Source of the DNA: Candidatus Thalassarchaeum sp.
GTDB taxonomy: Archaea; Thermoplasmatota; Poseidoniia; Poseidoniales; Thalassarchaeaceae
Assembly (NCBI GenBank): GCA_045559735.1
Contig: JBJLJN010000019.1
Span: 1 to 60,805 of the forward strand
Reading direction: 5' to 3'
DNA: 60,805 nucleotides
Shown here: piece after piece, positions 27,742-37,645 of the stretch
Layout: the number at the start of each line of letters is the position of its first letter
Numbering within the stretch: the first letter of the stretch is position 1
Made by a program: the position numbers and the translations under genes
Notes under the pieces: generated by a model
Told to the model about the DNA's origin: nothing
The model's input: the letters and a program-made list of their open reading frames with translations, nothing else
The model's database searches: none

Positions 27742-29070
27742 ATGAGTAAGGAGTACTGGATAGGCCACGTCAACTCTGGCTCGCATGATGACTCAGTTGT
27801 CGAACTGAAAGGCTGGGTGCACAGGACCAGAGGCTCAAACAAGATATGGTTCATGGTACTAAGGGACTCCACCGGTACGGTGCAGTGTGTCATCAAGAGG
27901 GACACAGTAGGGGATGAGTGCTTTGAATCGCTGAGGAACGCCTTAATCGAATCCAGCGTAATCATCAGAGGCACAGTCAACTCTACTGACCGAGAGCACA
28001 GGCACGAGATTCAAGTCATCTCGGGCGAAGTCGTAGGCCCGGTTAATCCTGACAGACCATTTCCAATCACAGAATCAGCAATGGCCGATTCTGACGGGGG
28101 AGAGACCGAGTTCCTGCTCGACCACCGTCACCTATACCTTCGCACTGGTAGGATGACCACGATGCTCAAACTCCGATCTACTGTATTCGGGGCCATACAC
28201 TCCTACTTCCGCGACCGCGACTTCATCGAGTACCAAGCACCTAACTTCGTAGCTGGGGCTGTCGAGGGCGGCTCTACACTATTCGAGGTCCCCTACTTCG
28301 GGCGCAAGGCCTACCTGACCCAGTCTTGGCAGCTCTACGCCGAGGCCGCCATGCCCGCACTCGAGCGCCTATACACCATGGCACCGTCATTTAGGGCAGA
28401 GAAGAGCCGGACGCGAAGACACCTGACTGAGTTCTGGCATGCTGAGATGGAAATAGCTTGGGCGTCCAACGCCGAAGTAATGCAGCACGGTGAAGGGGTC
28501 GTCCGCCATATCGCTAGGGCTTTGCTCGACGAGAGGTCAGACGAACTCACAAGTCTCGATCGCGACTTGGATCTCGTAGCCCGCTATGCAGACAGCGAGT
28601 ATCCGAGAATGCGCTACGATGAGGCGATTGAGATTCTGCAGGGCAAGGGAGTGGATGTAGAATGGGGTCAGGACCTCGACTACTCAAAGGAGAAGGTACT
28701 CACAGCCGACTTTGAGGTTCCACACTTCCTGACTCACTACCCCCGTATCGCCAAGCCGTTCTACCACCGGCCGGATCCGGATGATCAGAATTACGTGCTC
28801 TGCCACGACCTGCTGGCTCCTGAGGGCTACGGTGAGATTATCGGTGGTGGAGAGAGGACTTGGTCGGAGAGCGAGATTTTGGAGAGGATCGAAGAGGAAA
28901 AAGCCCCGATGGAGGCCTACGAGTTCTACGTCGATGTGCGGCGCTATGGAGGGGTCCCTCACGGCGGTTTCGGCCTGGGTGTTGACAGAGTCTGCACATG
29001 GCTGGCTGGTGCCGAGCACATACGCGAATCAATCCCATTCCCCAGAGACAGCAGAAGGGTCACGCCGTAG
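27742..29070 (+). CDS. asnS: Class IIb aminoacyl-tRNA synthetase, most likely asparaginyl-tRNA synthetase
   Basis: Has an N-terminal OB anticodon-binding domain (GWVHRTRGSNKIWFMVLRD). Motif 2, SFRAEKSRTRRHLTEFWHAEME, together with LTQSWQLYAE, resembles AsnRS more than archaeal AspRS. Motif 3 is GGFGLGVDR. Confidence 0.65.
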   Translation: MSKEYWIGHVNSGSHDDSVVELKGWVHRTRGSNKIWFMVLRDSTGTVQCVIKRDTVGDECFESLRNALIESSVIIRGTVNSTDREHRHEIQVISGEVVGPVNPDRPFPITESAMADSDGGETEFLLDHRHLYLRTGRMTTMLKLRSTVFGAIHSYFRDRDFIEYQAPNFVAGAVEGGSTLFEVPYFGRKAYLTQSWQLYAEAAMPALERLYTMAPSFRAEKSRTRRHLTEFWHAEMEIAWASNAEVMQHGEGVVRHIARALLDERSDELTSLDRDLDLVARYADSEYPRMRYDEAIEILQGKGVDVEWGQDLDYSKEKVLTADFEVPHFLTHYPRIAKPFYHRPDPDDQNYVLCHDLLAPEGYGEIIGGGERTWSESEILERIEEEKAPMEAYEFYVDVRRYGGVPHGGFGLGVDRVCTWLAGAEHIRESIPFPRDSRRVTP

Positions 29071-29116
29071 GCGTGTACTGCGAATCACTCATACGAAGGC
29101 GTGCTCTGGGACCCTC

Positions 29117-30328
29117 ATGGAAGATTGGCGCGAACTGGATCTCGCCAACCCCACAGAGGAGCACGCAATGCTCAGGCAGATGGTGCGTGACTTCGTCGCC
29201 GACGAAGTCGAGCCTCAAGCCCTTGAGCACGACCGCGATGAGAACTTCAACGTAGCATTGTTCAGGAGGCTGGGGGAGCAGGGTATCCTCGGAATATCAG
29301 TCCCCCCTCAGTATGGCGGAGCTGGTATGGATGCAACTGCGGTTGCGATTATCAATGAGGAACTGTCATACTCCGACCCCGGACTCTGTCTGGCGTACCT
29401 AGCTCACGATCAACTGCTGGCTAACAACCTCGCTCACAACGGCAGTGAGGAGCAGAAGAGCAGAATACTCCCAAAGCTGTGCAGTGGTGAATGGATAGGG
29501 TGCATGGCGATGAGTGAGCCGGGTTACGGCACTGATGTGCTCGGTATGCAGACCTCGGCCATCCGCAACGACGACGACTCGTGGACGATTAACGGCAGGA
29601 AGATGTGGATTACCAACGGTTCCATCGACGATGAGGGAACTCCTGCCGACATCGTATGGCTGTATGCCAGGACCGGTACTGACTCGAAGGGCAGGGCCGA
29701 GATCACCACTTTCATCGTCGAGAAGGGTATGTCCGGATATTCAGTCGGCCAGAAGATCAAGGATAAGCTGGGAGTGAGGGCGAGCAATACCGCCGAACTG
29801 GTCTTCGATGACTGCGTTGTTCCCGCCGAGAATGTTGTAGGAGGTCCCGGTGAATCTATGATTCATATGATGAGGAATCTAGAGCTTGAGAGGATTGGGC
29901 TGGCCGCCATGGGCGTGGGCATAGCAAGACGCTGTCTGGCAGCCATGAACCAGTACGCCAGTGAGAGGGAGGCCTTCGGCAGCAAGATCCGAGACTTCGG
30001 CCAGATACAGAGGCACATAGGTGAATCATGGGCCGAGTATCGGGCAATGCGCTCATACGTCTACGACACAGCACGCGCGACCGATTTGTCCATGGCAGGA
30101 AACAGGTTAGACTCAGACGGCGTCAAACTGTTCGGAACCACAGCGGCCAAGTCCATCGCTGACAAGGCGATACAGGTTATGGGTGGTTATGGATATGTGG
30201 GCGAGTATACAGTCGAGAGACTGTGGCGTGACGCCAAGCTACTGGAGATTGGCGGCGGCACTCTTGAGAGTCACCAGAAGAACATCACACGAGACCTCGC
30301 GGACGATTCAGAACCCATCGAGAGATAG
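29117..30328 (+). CDS. Acyl-CoA dehydrogenase (isovaleryl/short-chain-like)
   Basis: From ATG 29117 (MEDWRELDL...). Shows the typical ACAD pattern CMAMSEPGYGTDVLGMQTSA, WTINGRKMWITNG and a C-terminal EIGGGTLESHQ. The track ORF start at 28781 overlaps the aaRS gene. Confidence 0.85.
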   Translation: MEDWRELDLANPTEEHAMLRQMVRDFVADEVEPQALEHDRDENFNVALFRRLGEQGILGISVPPQYGGAGMDATAVAIINEELSYSDPGLCLAYLAHDQLLANNLAHNGSEEQKSRILPKLCSGEWIGCMAMSEPGYGTDVLGMQTSAIRNDDDSWTINGRKMWITNGSIDDEGTPADIVWLYARTGTDSKGRAEITTFIVEKGMSGYSVGQKIKDKLGVRASNTAELVFDDCVVPAENVVGGPGESMIHMMRNLELERIGLAAMGVGIARRCLAAMNQYASEREAFGSKIRDFGQIQRHIGESWAEYRAMRSYVYDTARATDLSMAGNRLDSDGVKLFGTTAAKSIADKAIQVMGGYGYVGEYTVERLWRDAKLLEIGGGTLESHQKNITRDLADDSEPIER

Positions 30329-30404
30329 TGGTAGTCCCGGGAGGATTCGAACCTCCGTCACCGGGACCAAAACCCGGTATGATGGACCACTACACCACGG
30401 GACT
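30329..30404 (-). tRNA. tRNA-Gln (anticodon UUG), CCA encoded
   Basis: Reverse complement reads AGTCCCG-TG-GTGTAGTGGTCCATCAT-A-CCGGG-TTTTGGT-CCCGG-TGAC-GGAGG-TTCGAAT-CCTCC-CGGGACT-A-CCA. Its 3' end abuts the ACAD stop codon. Confidence 0.9.
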
Positions 30405-30490
30405 CCGAATCGATGGCGGGGCTCACATGCTTTTGATTTGACGGGACAGGCAATCGACAGCATCAAAGGTTCCCGGAGGGCCCTAACTCC

Positions 30491-33400
30491 ATGCGTCAAC
30501 GCTGGGCTTTCGTCTTGGCATTCCTGATGCTAGCCGCCCCTGCATCCGCTTTAATGACCGGGATCAATTCGCAAACTGGAGAGTCAACAGCAGCTGACCA
30601 CGACCCAGTTCCCTCAATATCTTCACCCACAATCCACAGCGTAAGTAACCCCTGGGTAGAATCGAGCCTCTCAGAACGAGTTGAGTCAGGCTCGGACAGA
30701 ATCAGAGTCACCGTCATCACACGCTCTCTGGCAACCCTCAACCAATGGCAATATGATCATGGAGCGATTGAGCAGCAGAAGCCGGCGAATCAAGGTGAGA
30801 TTCTGGTGGCTATCGATCCGATCGATGGAGAGATTGACCACAGGACTTTCTGGATGGACTCTGCTATCTTCCCCAAGCTTGCTGGAGTCCAAGGTTTGAT
30901 TGCGGTGCTTGATGCACAGAATTCACCTGAACCCTACGACACCACTCCTTTCCAGATTCCTCCGGGAATCGAGCCCGATTCCGTCAGAAGCGGTGAGATT
31001 CACGGGGCAATCGACGCATGGGAGAGGGGCTACTCAGGAGAGGGCATGGTGGTAGCAGTGGCAGACACCGGTGTGGACTTCGCCCATCCTGATCTGAACG
31101 GGACTCAGGCGAGGGTTCTGGATCCCAGTTCGCCATATCACGGGTGGCCGCTGATGTTCGATCACAACAGTATGTACCATTGGCTGGTAAATGGGAATGC
31201 CTACCCTTCGAGTTCGACTTGGTACGCGGACACTTCAAACATCGACTACGACAACAATACCGACGGCCTTCTGGATATCTCAGGCTACAATATCACCGGA
31301 CTCAATGCCTCACTATCCGGCGAATATCACCTCGGTGAGCACCCTGACTCCACTTTGCGGAACAAGGCCGGCGGCGATGTCCCGATTCTCGTAGTCGACG
31401 ACAGGTTCTCAGGCCTCTATGAGACGGTGTATCCAGACATCAATCGTGACGGCGAGTTCCACAATGACGTACCTATGAGGCCAGGTGAGGAGACCGCTGG
31501 TCTCGATACTGATGGGGACGGCCTGTGGGATATCTCGGGAGGTCTTGTCTATTGGGTGGCCGATGGACATAACGGAGTCCCGTACTCGGAAACATATGCC
31601 CCTCGTCATGGCTATAACAACAGGATTCCCGGGGCAGGTAATCTAACCCTGTTCATGCTGGAGTCGGGCAGTCACGGCACCCTTTGCGCAAGCGCGGTGG
31701 CCGCTCAGGGAGTTATCAGTGACGGAAAGGTTCTCGGAATGGCCCCCAATGCAACTATCTCCTCGATAGGCAACCACTATTCTGGGGGTCATTCACTAGA
31801 TGGCTGGAGATTTATCGCTGAAGGATACGATGGGGAGGTTCAGACTGAAGGTGACCAGCCAGACATTGGCTCGTTCTCATTCGGGTACTCTTCTGTAGAT
31901 GAGGCTGGAGCGGATGGATACTCCCTTTATCTCGACTGGCTGACTAGAGTCTACAACGACAACGCATCGTATTCTGTCGCCATCGGCAATGGCGGCCATG
32001 GCTTCGGCACAGCGAAGGTGCCTGGTGCCGCTCATGGAATATTCTCTGTTGGGGCTTTCAGTAGTCGTTCCAGCGACTCATGGGGACAGAGTGCACCATG
32101 GTCTAACAGAGGCCCTAATGTAGTTGGTAGGATGGATCCCGACATTGTATCAGTAGGTTGGTCGGCCACCGGTGATTTGCCCTTGAACTCCAAAAGCAAC
32201 GCGAACTCAGCATGGTCTACTTGGGGAGGCACCAGCCTTGCCACTCCGATTGCTGCCGGTCTGATGTCACTAGTCGCAGAGGCCTGGCAGGAGAATCTTG
32301 GAGATTACCCTGGCTCTCAGGAGTTCAGGGACTTTGTCCTCTCGACTTCAGATGACAGGGGATACGAACCACTGATTCAAGGAGGGGGATGGTTCAATGC
32401 GTCTAGAGCTATTGCAACTCTGGAGGGAGACAACGGCACGTGGTGGACAAGCCCGGCTCAGTGGAACAGCGGTACCTATCAGGGCATGCACAGGGATGCC
32501 AATATCAACCTCATGAGACAAGGGGAGTCCCAGGATGTCGATTTGGATTTCCACAACTATGCCAATCATTCGATGATGCTGAGCTTCACTCCTACTACTC
32601 ACAAACCCCTCGAACACAATCGTCACATCTGGCTCAGCAGAGGAGAGATAACTTGTACCGAAAACTCCAGTGCAGATTGCGATGATAGTCCTGCTTGGGG
32701 CAACCACACACATACTAATTCGGAATGTGAGGACTACAACTCGGGCAGACCACACCTTCTGATTCCACTACACATCTCAAATAACTCCAGCATCCAGCTG
32801 CCATCAGATACGACCCAACTGAGAGCTCGCGCCACTATCGAGTATTCAGCCTTCGACGGCGATCAGGATCGATCTGCCGACGAGCGAGTGTATCTCGAGA
32901 TTTTCAGATGGACCGACTTCGATGAGGATGGCACCTACATCACGCATTCCCAAGTCCCTGAGTACCATGTCATGCCCTCGGATGAGTGGACCGAATCAAG
33001 CGAACTCGAGCAGGTTACTTATTGGTGGAAAAAGGGCCCGAATGCAGAAGTCAGAGTGGGTCTGCCTTTCGAAGACTCCCGGGATGGATTACTGCTCGGT
33101 GTGTGGAACTACAACTGCTATGATTCAGATGATCCAGAATCAGGTGACCCAGTTAGAATTGAGATTGACTGGACCGCGTTCGGGAGCCTAGGCGATGATT
33201 GGATCACAGTCCCTACTCCTATAGTAATCCCTGCAAATGACTCGATGACGATTCAAATGACTGTTTCCGTCCCTTCTGATGCAGAATCGGGCATCCATCA
33301 GCACGGCGTGCTGATTGAGACATACCAGCTCAACCAAAGTGGTATGCCGAATTCAGAGTCATCGAGGAACTGGACTCTTCCAGTTGTCACCAACGTACCT

Positions 33401-36400
33401 TGGTCAGGCCCATTTACGCTCGTTCCTAAGCCATTGGACGGAAATGTCTCCAACCAGACCCTATATGATGAGAGCTGGATTAGTGGAGCCACTAGGTGGG
33501 ACTGGAGGGCTGAGAGCGGAGACTGGAGATTTTTGACTGTCGAATGGCCAGCGGAATGGGACACGGGGGGCACAGCAATCCTAGATGTCGACTGGTCGGA
33601 CACCGTAGAAGGTCTCGACGGGGATTTTAACTCAACATACTACGAGAATATCTACTCCGATATTGATGTGCTATGGCTTTCCGAGACTCCACACGCTTAT
33701 GCATCCGATGACCCCAATGCTTACGGGAACTCCACGTTCTACATCGAGTCCCGATCAATAAACAACTATGCTGGAAGCGGATCTCACAACTGGGGTACCT
33801 TCACGGACACTTCTCGAGAGATGTTCGCCGTTCCTGCACAGCAGGGCGTTCACCAATTGGTCCTCCATACTGCTCTGCACGGGGCCTCCTCTAATGATAA
33901 CCCGCTGAATGTATCGGTAGGATACATCGCTGCAGAGGAATCGGGATTCCAGAAGGTTGTGACCGACTGGTCCGAGGGTAGCGGTGAGGACTCTGTACAT
34001 GTAGTCTCAACAGTTCCGCTCAATATAGAATCCGTATCCTCCTACGGGTGGAGCCAGCCCGCCTACTTTGAAAATGAGACGGCCTTCCAAGACGATTCAG
34101 GTGACAAGATGTCCGCCTCATGGTGGCACAATATGACCATCAATAACTCCTCAGAGATAGACATCAGGATGAATTCCCATGAGGCCGCTGACCTAGATCT
34201 ATTCGTGTTTCGAGATTCCAACGGAGACGGTGTCTTCTCATCAGGCGAGGAAGTTGCTCGCTCAACATCATCCTCATCTTCCGAGAGTACTGTCATCACT
34301 GATCCTGAGGATGGCGACTATGCGGTAGCAGTGCAAGGCTATGACGTACCTGGAGATAGTGTTCAGTTCTGGATAGACATCGATGTAGTCGGTGGCGATG
34401 AATTAGTGATTACCGACAACTTCACCCTCACAGACTCGGAGATCTCTGCTCTTTGGCCTAACGGCAGCCAAACCCTCGCCGGAGAGGTGCCATCATCAGC
34501 ATTCCAGGTGAATTTTTCTTACTCTCGCCCAGTATATGCGGGTGTCTGGACAGGGCACATCGAAGTGATGGTCGAAGGAGGAATCAGTCTTCTTCTGCCA
34601 TACACCTATGAATTGGTGGAACTCGACCCCGAGATTACCTTCGTACAGCCCGAGAACATGACTGAGACCAATTCAGTCGTACCCGTGCAGATACACGCTC
34701 TAGATACTGGAATCGGATTTAGGCTGGACGACCTTAACTGGGATCCTGTTAACAATCTGACAAGGGTGCCCTATGCCGATTCGGTGGAAGCTATTGACAA
34801 CAATATGACATATCACAACCTGACTGATATATGGAACAGTGGAAATCACTTCGCTATCCCTGAGAATGTGAGTTTCAGAGAGGTCTGGATTAACGCAACA
34901 CTCCCTCCCTTGGAGCAATGGCATCGCTACATAGTCACTCTAACTGACTTGTCGAATCTCTCCTCGCAGGCCCATCTCGCTGTTTCCTATGATATCACCG
35001 CCCCCGCCTTGGTCCTGTCTGACATACCGTGGATAACGAGCGAACCGACCCTTACCTTCTCTATTCATTCCGAGCCTGGAGCCAGTATCACTCATTCTGG
35101 TATGCCCGTGCTACTAGATGAAGAAGGGAATGGGGAAATCACCATCCAACTGACAGAGGCAGAGCCGAGACAGGATCAGGATTCAACGTTCTACTATGTG
35201 CATGGGAACAGCGTCTTTGACATAGTAGTCACCGACGCTGCAGGTAACTCGTTCACTCGGCAACTCACTGTCGTACTCGACTCATCTCCTCCCTCTACCC
35301 AGCTAATACATTTGACAGACCAGTCGGGCTATCAATACGACTCGGCTGAAATAACCAATCCCGTCAACCTCACCGAGGGAACTCTGAGTGCGATAATCCC
35401 AGTAGATGTGAAAGAATGGTGTTTCAGATTATACTCGCTCGAATCCCCGCACCAACTCATCGAATGCGGGACTGAGCAGATAATTCCACAGCCCAGAATG
35501 GAAGACGTTCCCGGCCAAATCACTAAGACTGCCCAGTACAGTATCAACACGAGCGAGCTACCTGATGGTGATTACATGATTAGTATAGAGTTGACAGACT
35601 GGGCCAACAACATAGTTACTCAGGATTGGCCCATCTCACTAGATAGCACTGTTCCGGTGGTGCAGTGGTCAATCAGTCCTGGTAATGAGGCAACATTCTT
35701 CGATCACAGACAGGGCTTATCTTGGCTGGCCAGCGAAGAGGTGCACGTCACCTTCACTATCGACGGTGAGATAATCAGCGAACGCACAGCAATAACCAGC
35801 GGAGCACTATTCGAGCTCACTCACACAGGTATCCACGAGGTGTGTCTGGAGGCTGTGGACATGACTGAGCCACAGGAGAATGACAACAGGTTCAGAGAAT
35901 GTCGGCTGATGATGCTGGCTGCTTCAATTTACTCTACGCATGTCACTGCAAATTGGAATGGTGGGATAATGGCCATAGATGAAGTCCACGCGACTATTCA
36001 GAGAGGTCCGGACCAAGAGATATGGTGGAGTAGGACTGACTCAGAGCAGAGGAATCTGATAGAGCCCGGAGCTGAGATTGTCATGCTCAATTTCGAGCTA
36101 GTCGAGGGCGAGAATCAATTCGTGATAGAAATCGAAGCATTGGATCACTTTGACAATTACACTCTGTCCATTGTCAAAGATACCATCCCGCCCGTTCTGG
36201 CCATACAGGAGAGGGTGAACAGGACATCGACTCTTGGGGCCGAACGAGTACTGACCGGCACCTGCGAGCCTAATGCTCCTATTATGATATGGACAGAGGC
36301 TGAATCTGTTGACTTCACCTGTAATTCAAGTGGCCTGTTTGAGATTGCGATAGTGATTCCGGACACTCCCGGCTCACACATTATCAACGCTCTCACTTCC

Positions 36401-36643
36401 GACTCCGCCAACAACGAGAATTCGACGTCGATTGAGGTCTTTGAGCAGGATTGGATAGACTGGGCTATCGAAGATGCAAGGGGCTCCGGACCGATGCTAT
36501 GGTGGTTCTCTATAGCAGCAATCGCAGTTGTTCTTTTGGTCACAGTGCCGACCGTGGCAATAAGACGACGTCGAGCCAAGATGGAAAGCATACTCGAACA
36601 CGGTCCCGATATTGATGACATATTGACTGAGGTCGAATCATAA
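30491..36643 (+). CDS. Giant (2050 aa) secreted, C-terminally membrane-anchored subtilisin-family (S8) serine protease
   Basis: Signal peptide MRQRWAFVLAFLMLAAPASA. Catalytic Asp in VVAVADTGVDFAHPDL (about nt 31047-31097), His in SGSHGTLCASAVAA (about 31663-31701), Ser in GGTSLATPIAAG (about 32221-32259). About 1400 aa of unassigned extracellular sequence follow, then a TM helix (MLWWFSIAAIAVVLLVTVPTVAI) followed by RRRRAK and a short tail. Confidence 0.85.
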   Translation: MRQRWAFVLAFLMLAAPASALMTGINSQTGESTAADHDPVPSISSPTIHSVSNPWVESSLSERVESGSDRIRVTVITRSLATLNQWQYDHGAIEQQKPANQGEILVAIDPIDGEIDHRTFWMDSAIFPKLAGVQGLIAVLDAQNSPEPYDTTPFQIPPGIEPDSVRSGEIHGAIDAWERGYSGEGMVVAVADTGVDFAHPDLNGTQARVLDPSSPYHGWPLMFDHNSMYHWLVNGNAYPSSSTWYADTSNIDYDNNTDGLLDISGYNITGLNASLSGEYHLGEHPDSTLRNKAGGDVPILVVDDRFSGLYETVYPDINRDGEFHNDVPMRPGEETAGLDTDGDGLWDISGGLVYWVADGHNGVPYSETYAPRHGYNNRIPGAGNLTLFMLESGSHGTLCASAVAAQGVISDGKVLGMAPNATISSIGNHYSGGHSLDGWRFIAEGYDGEVQTEGDQPDIGSFSFGYSSVDEAGADGYSLYLDWLTRVYNDNASYSVAIGNGGHGFGTAKVPGAAHGIFSVGAFSSRSSDSWGQSAPWSNRGPNVVGRMDPDIVSVGWSATGDLPLNSKSNANSAWSTWGGTSLATPIAAGLMSLVAEAWQENLGDYPGSQEFRDFVLSTSDDRGYEPLIQGGGWFNASRAIATLEGDNGTWWTSPAQWNSGTYQGMHRDANINLMRQGESQDVDLDFHNYANHSMMLSFTPTTHKPLEHNRHIWLSRGEITCTENSSADCDDSPAWGNHTHTNSECEDYNSGRPHLLIPLHISNNSSIQLPSDTTQLRARATIEYSAFDGDQDRSADERVYLEIFRWTDFDEDGTYITHSQVPEYHVMPSDEWTESSELEQVTYWWKKGPNAEVRVGLPFEDSRDGLLLGVWNYNCYDSDDPESGDPVRIEIDWTAFGSLGDDWITVPTPIVIPANDSMTIQMTVSVPSDAESGIHQHGVLIETYQLNQSGMPNSESSRNWTLPVVTNVPWSGPFTLVPKPLDGNVSNQTLYDESWISGATRWDWRAESGDWRFLTVEWPAEWDTGGTAILDVDWSDTVEGLDGDFNSTYYENIYSDIDVLWLSETPHAYASDDPNAYGNSTFYIESRSINNYAGSGSHNWGTFTDTSREMFAVPAQQGVHQLVLHTALHGASSNDNPLNVSVGYIAAEESGFQKVVTDWSEGSGEDSVHVVSTVPLNIESVSSYGWSQPAYFENETAFQDDSGDKMSASWWHNMTINNSSEIDIRMNSHEAADLDLFVFRDSNGDGVFSSGEEVARSTSSSSSESTVITDPEDGDYAVAVQGYDVPGDSVQFWIDIDVVGGDELVITDNFTLTDSEISALWPNGSQTLAGEVPSSAFQVNFSYSRPVYAGVWTGHIEVMVEGGISLLLPYTYELVELDPEITFVQPENMTETNSVVPVQIHALDTGIGFRLDDLNWDPVNNLTRVPYADSVEAIDNNMTYHNLTDIWNSGNHFAIPENVSFREVWINATLPPLEQWHRYIVTLTDLSNLSSQAHLAVSYDITAPALVLSDIPWITSEPTLTFSIHSEPGASITHSGMPVLLDEEGNGEITIQLTEAEPRQDQDSTFYYVHGNSVFDIVVTDAAGNSFTRQLTVVLDSSPPSTQLIHLTDQSGYQYDSAEITNPVNLTEGTLSAIIPVDVKEWCFRLYSLESPHQLIECGTEQIIPQPRMEDVPGQITKTAQYSINTSELPDGDYMISIELTDWANNIVTQDWPISLDSTVPVVQWSISPGNEATFFDHRQGLSWLASEEVHVTFTIDGEIISERTAITSGALFELTHTGIHEVCLEAVDMTEPQENDNRFRECRLMMLAASIYSTHVTANWNGGIMAIDEVHATIQRGPDQEIWWSRTDSEQRNLIEPGAEIVMLNFELVEGENQFVIEIEALDHFDNYTLSIVKDTIPPVLAIQERVNRTSTLGAERVLTGTCEPNAPIMIWTEAESVDFTCNSSGLFEIAIVIPDTPGSHIINALTSDSANNENSTSIEVFEQDWIDWAIEDARGSGPMLWWFSIAAIAVVLLVTVPTVAIRRRRAKMESILEHGPDIDDILTEVES

Positions 36644-36711
36644 ACAGAAGACTCTTTGTTCGAGGATGAGAATTGAGTAAGGCTCATCCCTCTACCCCCT
36701 CCCGTAGTGAC

Positions 36712-37560
36712 ATGGAAATCAACAGCATTGCCGTTCTAGGGGCAGGCCAGATGGGTAACGGGATTGCCCAAGTCGCAGCCTGCGCCGGTTATGATGTGAC
36801 GATGATTGACATCGACCAATCCTTCGTAGATCGAGGGATGTCGTCAATCGAATCATCCTTGTCCAAGCTGGTCTCAAAGGATAGGATGAGTAAGGGGGAT
36901 GCGGATTCCGCGCTCGCACGCGTGCACGCGTCTACTAGGAATGTGTCCGCTTCCGATTGCGATCTTGTGATTGAGGCAATCCCGGAGATTCCCGAACTCA
37001 AGTTCTCTACCTTCTCCGAGTTGGACTTTATTTGCAAGGAAGATGCGATTCTGGCTAGCAACACATCGAGCATCAGTATCGACGATATCGCTGCATCGAC
37101 GAATCGGCCAGAAAGAGTAATCGGAATGCATTTCATGAATCCTGTCCCGATAATGAAACTCGTCGAAATCATCAACGGTTCGCAGACCTCAAAGGAAGTC
37201 AATGCAGCAGTAGTTGTAGCTGCAGAGAGGATGGGCAAGACAGCACTGTCATGCAATGACTCACCTGGCTTTGTCAGTAATAGAATTCTGTGCCCCATGC
37301 TCAACGAGGCGATACTAACGCTTCAGGAAGGAGTCGCTGAGCCCGAGGCCATAGACGGGATAATGAAACTCGGGATGAACCATCCGATAGGCCCTCTGGC
37401 CCTAGCCGACCTCATCGGTTTAGACACAGTTCTCCATATCATGAACGTCCTGCACGAGGGACTGGATGATGACAAGTACGCCCCTGCTCCTATGCTGATC
37501 GAAATGGTAGAGCAGGGACAACTTGGCCGAAAAAGTGGCAAGGGATTCTACACTTACTGA
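36712..37560 (+). CDS. hbd: 3-hydroxyacyl-CoA / 3-hydroxybutyryl-CoA dehydrogenase
   Basis: Has the Rossmann motif IAVLGAGQMGNGIAQV, then HFMNPVPIMKLVEI and a C-terminal GRKSGKGFY. ATG 36712 is preferred over the TTG at 36673. Confidence 0.85.
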   Translation: MEINSIAVLGAGQMGNGIAQVAACAGYDVTMIDIDQSFVDRGMSSIESSLSKLVSKDRMSKGDADSALARVHASTRNVSASDCDLVIEAIPEIPELKFSTFSELDFICKEDAILASNTSSISIDDIAASTNRPERVIGMHFMNPVPIMKLVEIINGSQTSKEVNAAVVVAAERMGKTALSCNDSPGFVSNRILCPMLNEAILTLQEGVAEPEAIDGIMKLGMNHPIGPLALADLIGLDTVLHIMNVLHEGLDDDKYAPAPMLIEMVEQGQLGRKSGKGFYTY

Positions 37561-37627
37561 TGATTTGATATACTGATAAGGTGCATTTTCCGCACTAACC
37601 AGTGGTGCCAAAGTTCAAGCATACACG

Positions 37628-37645
37628 CATGCCCCTAAGGGCATG
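37628..37645 (+). promoter_or_regulatory. 18-nt palindrome CATGCCC-CTAA-GGGCATG whose right arm contains the start codon of the 1081-aa gene
   Basis: Read directly: 7-nt arms and a 4-nt spacer, with the ATG at 37643-37645 inside the right arm. Its function is unknown. Confidence 0.3.

Noticed and set aside
36490-36643. PGF-CTERM / archaeosortase-type sorting signals at the C-termini of the surface proteins (also 8890-9000, 40420-40500 and 45850-45920)
   Set aside because: The TM helices are not preceded by a PGF motif. Three of the four are followed by cytoplasmic tails of about 26-140 aa rather than a few basic residues. They look like stable TM anchors.
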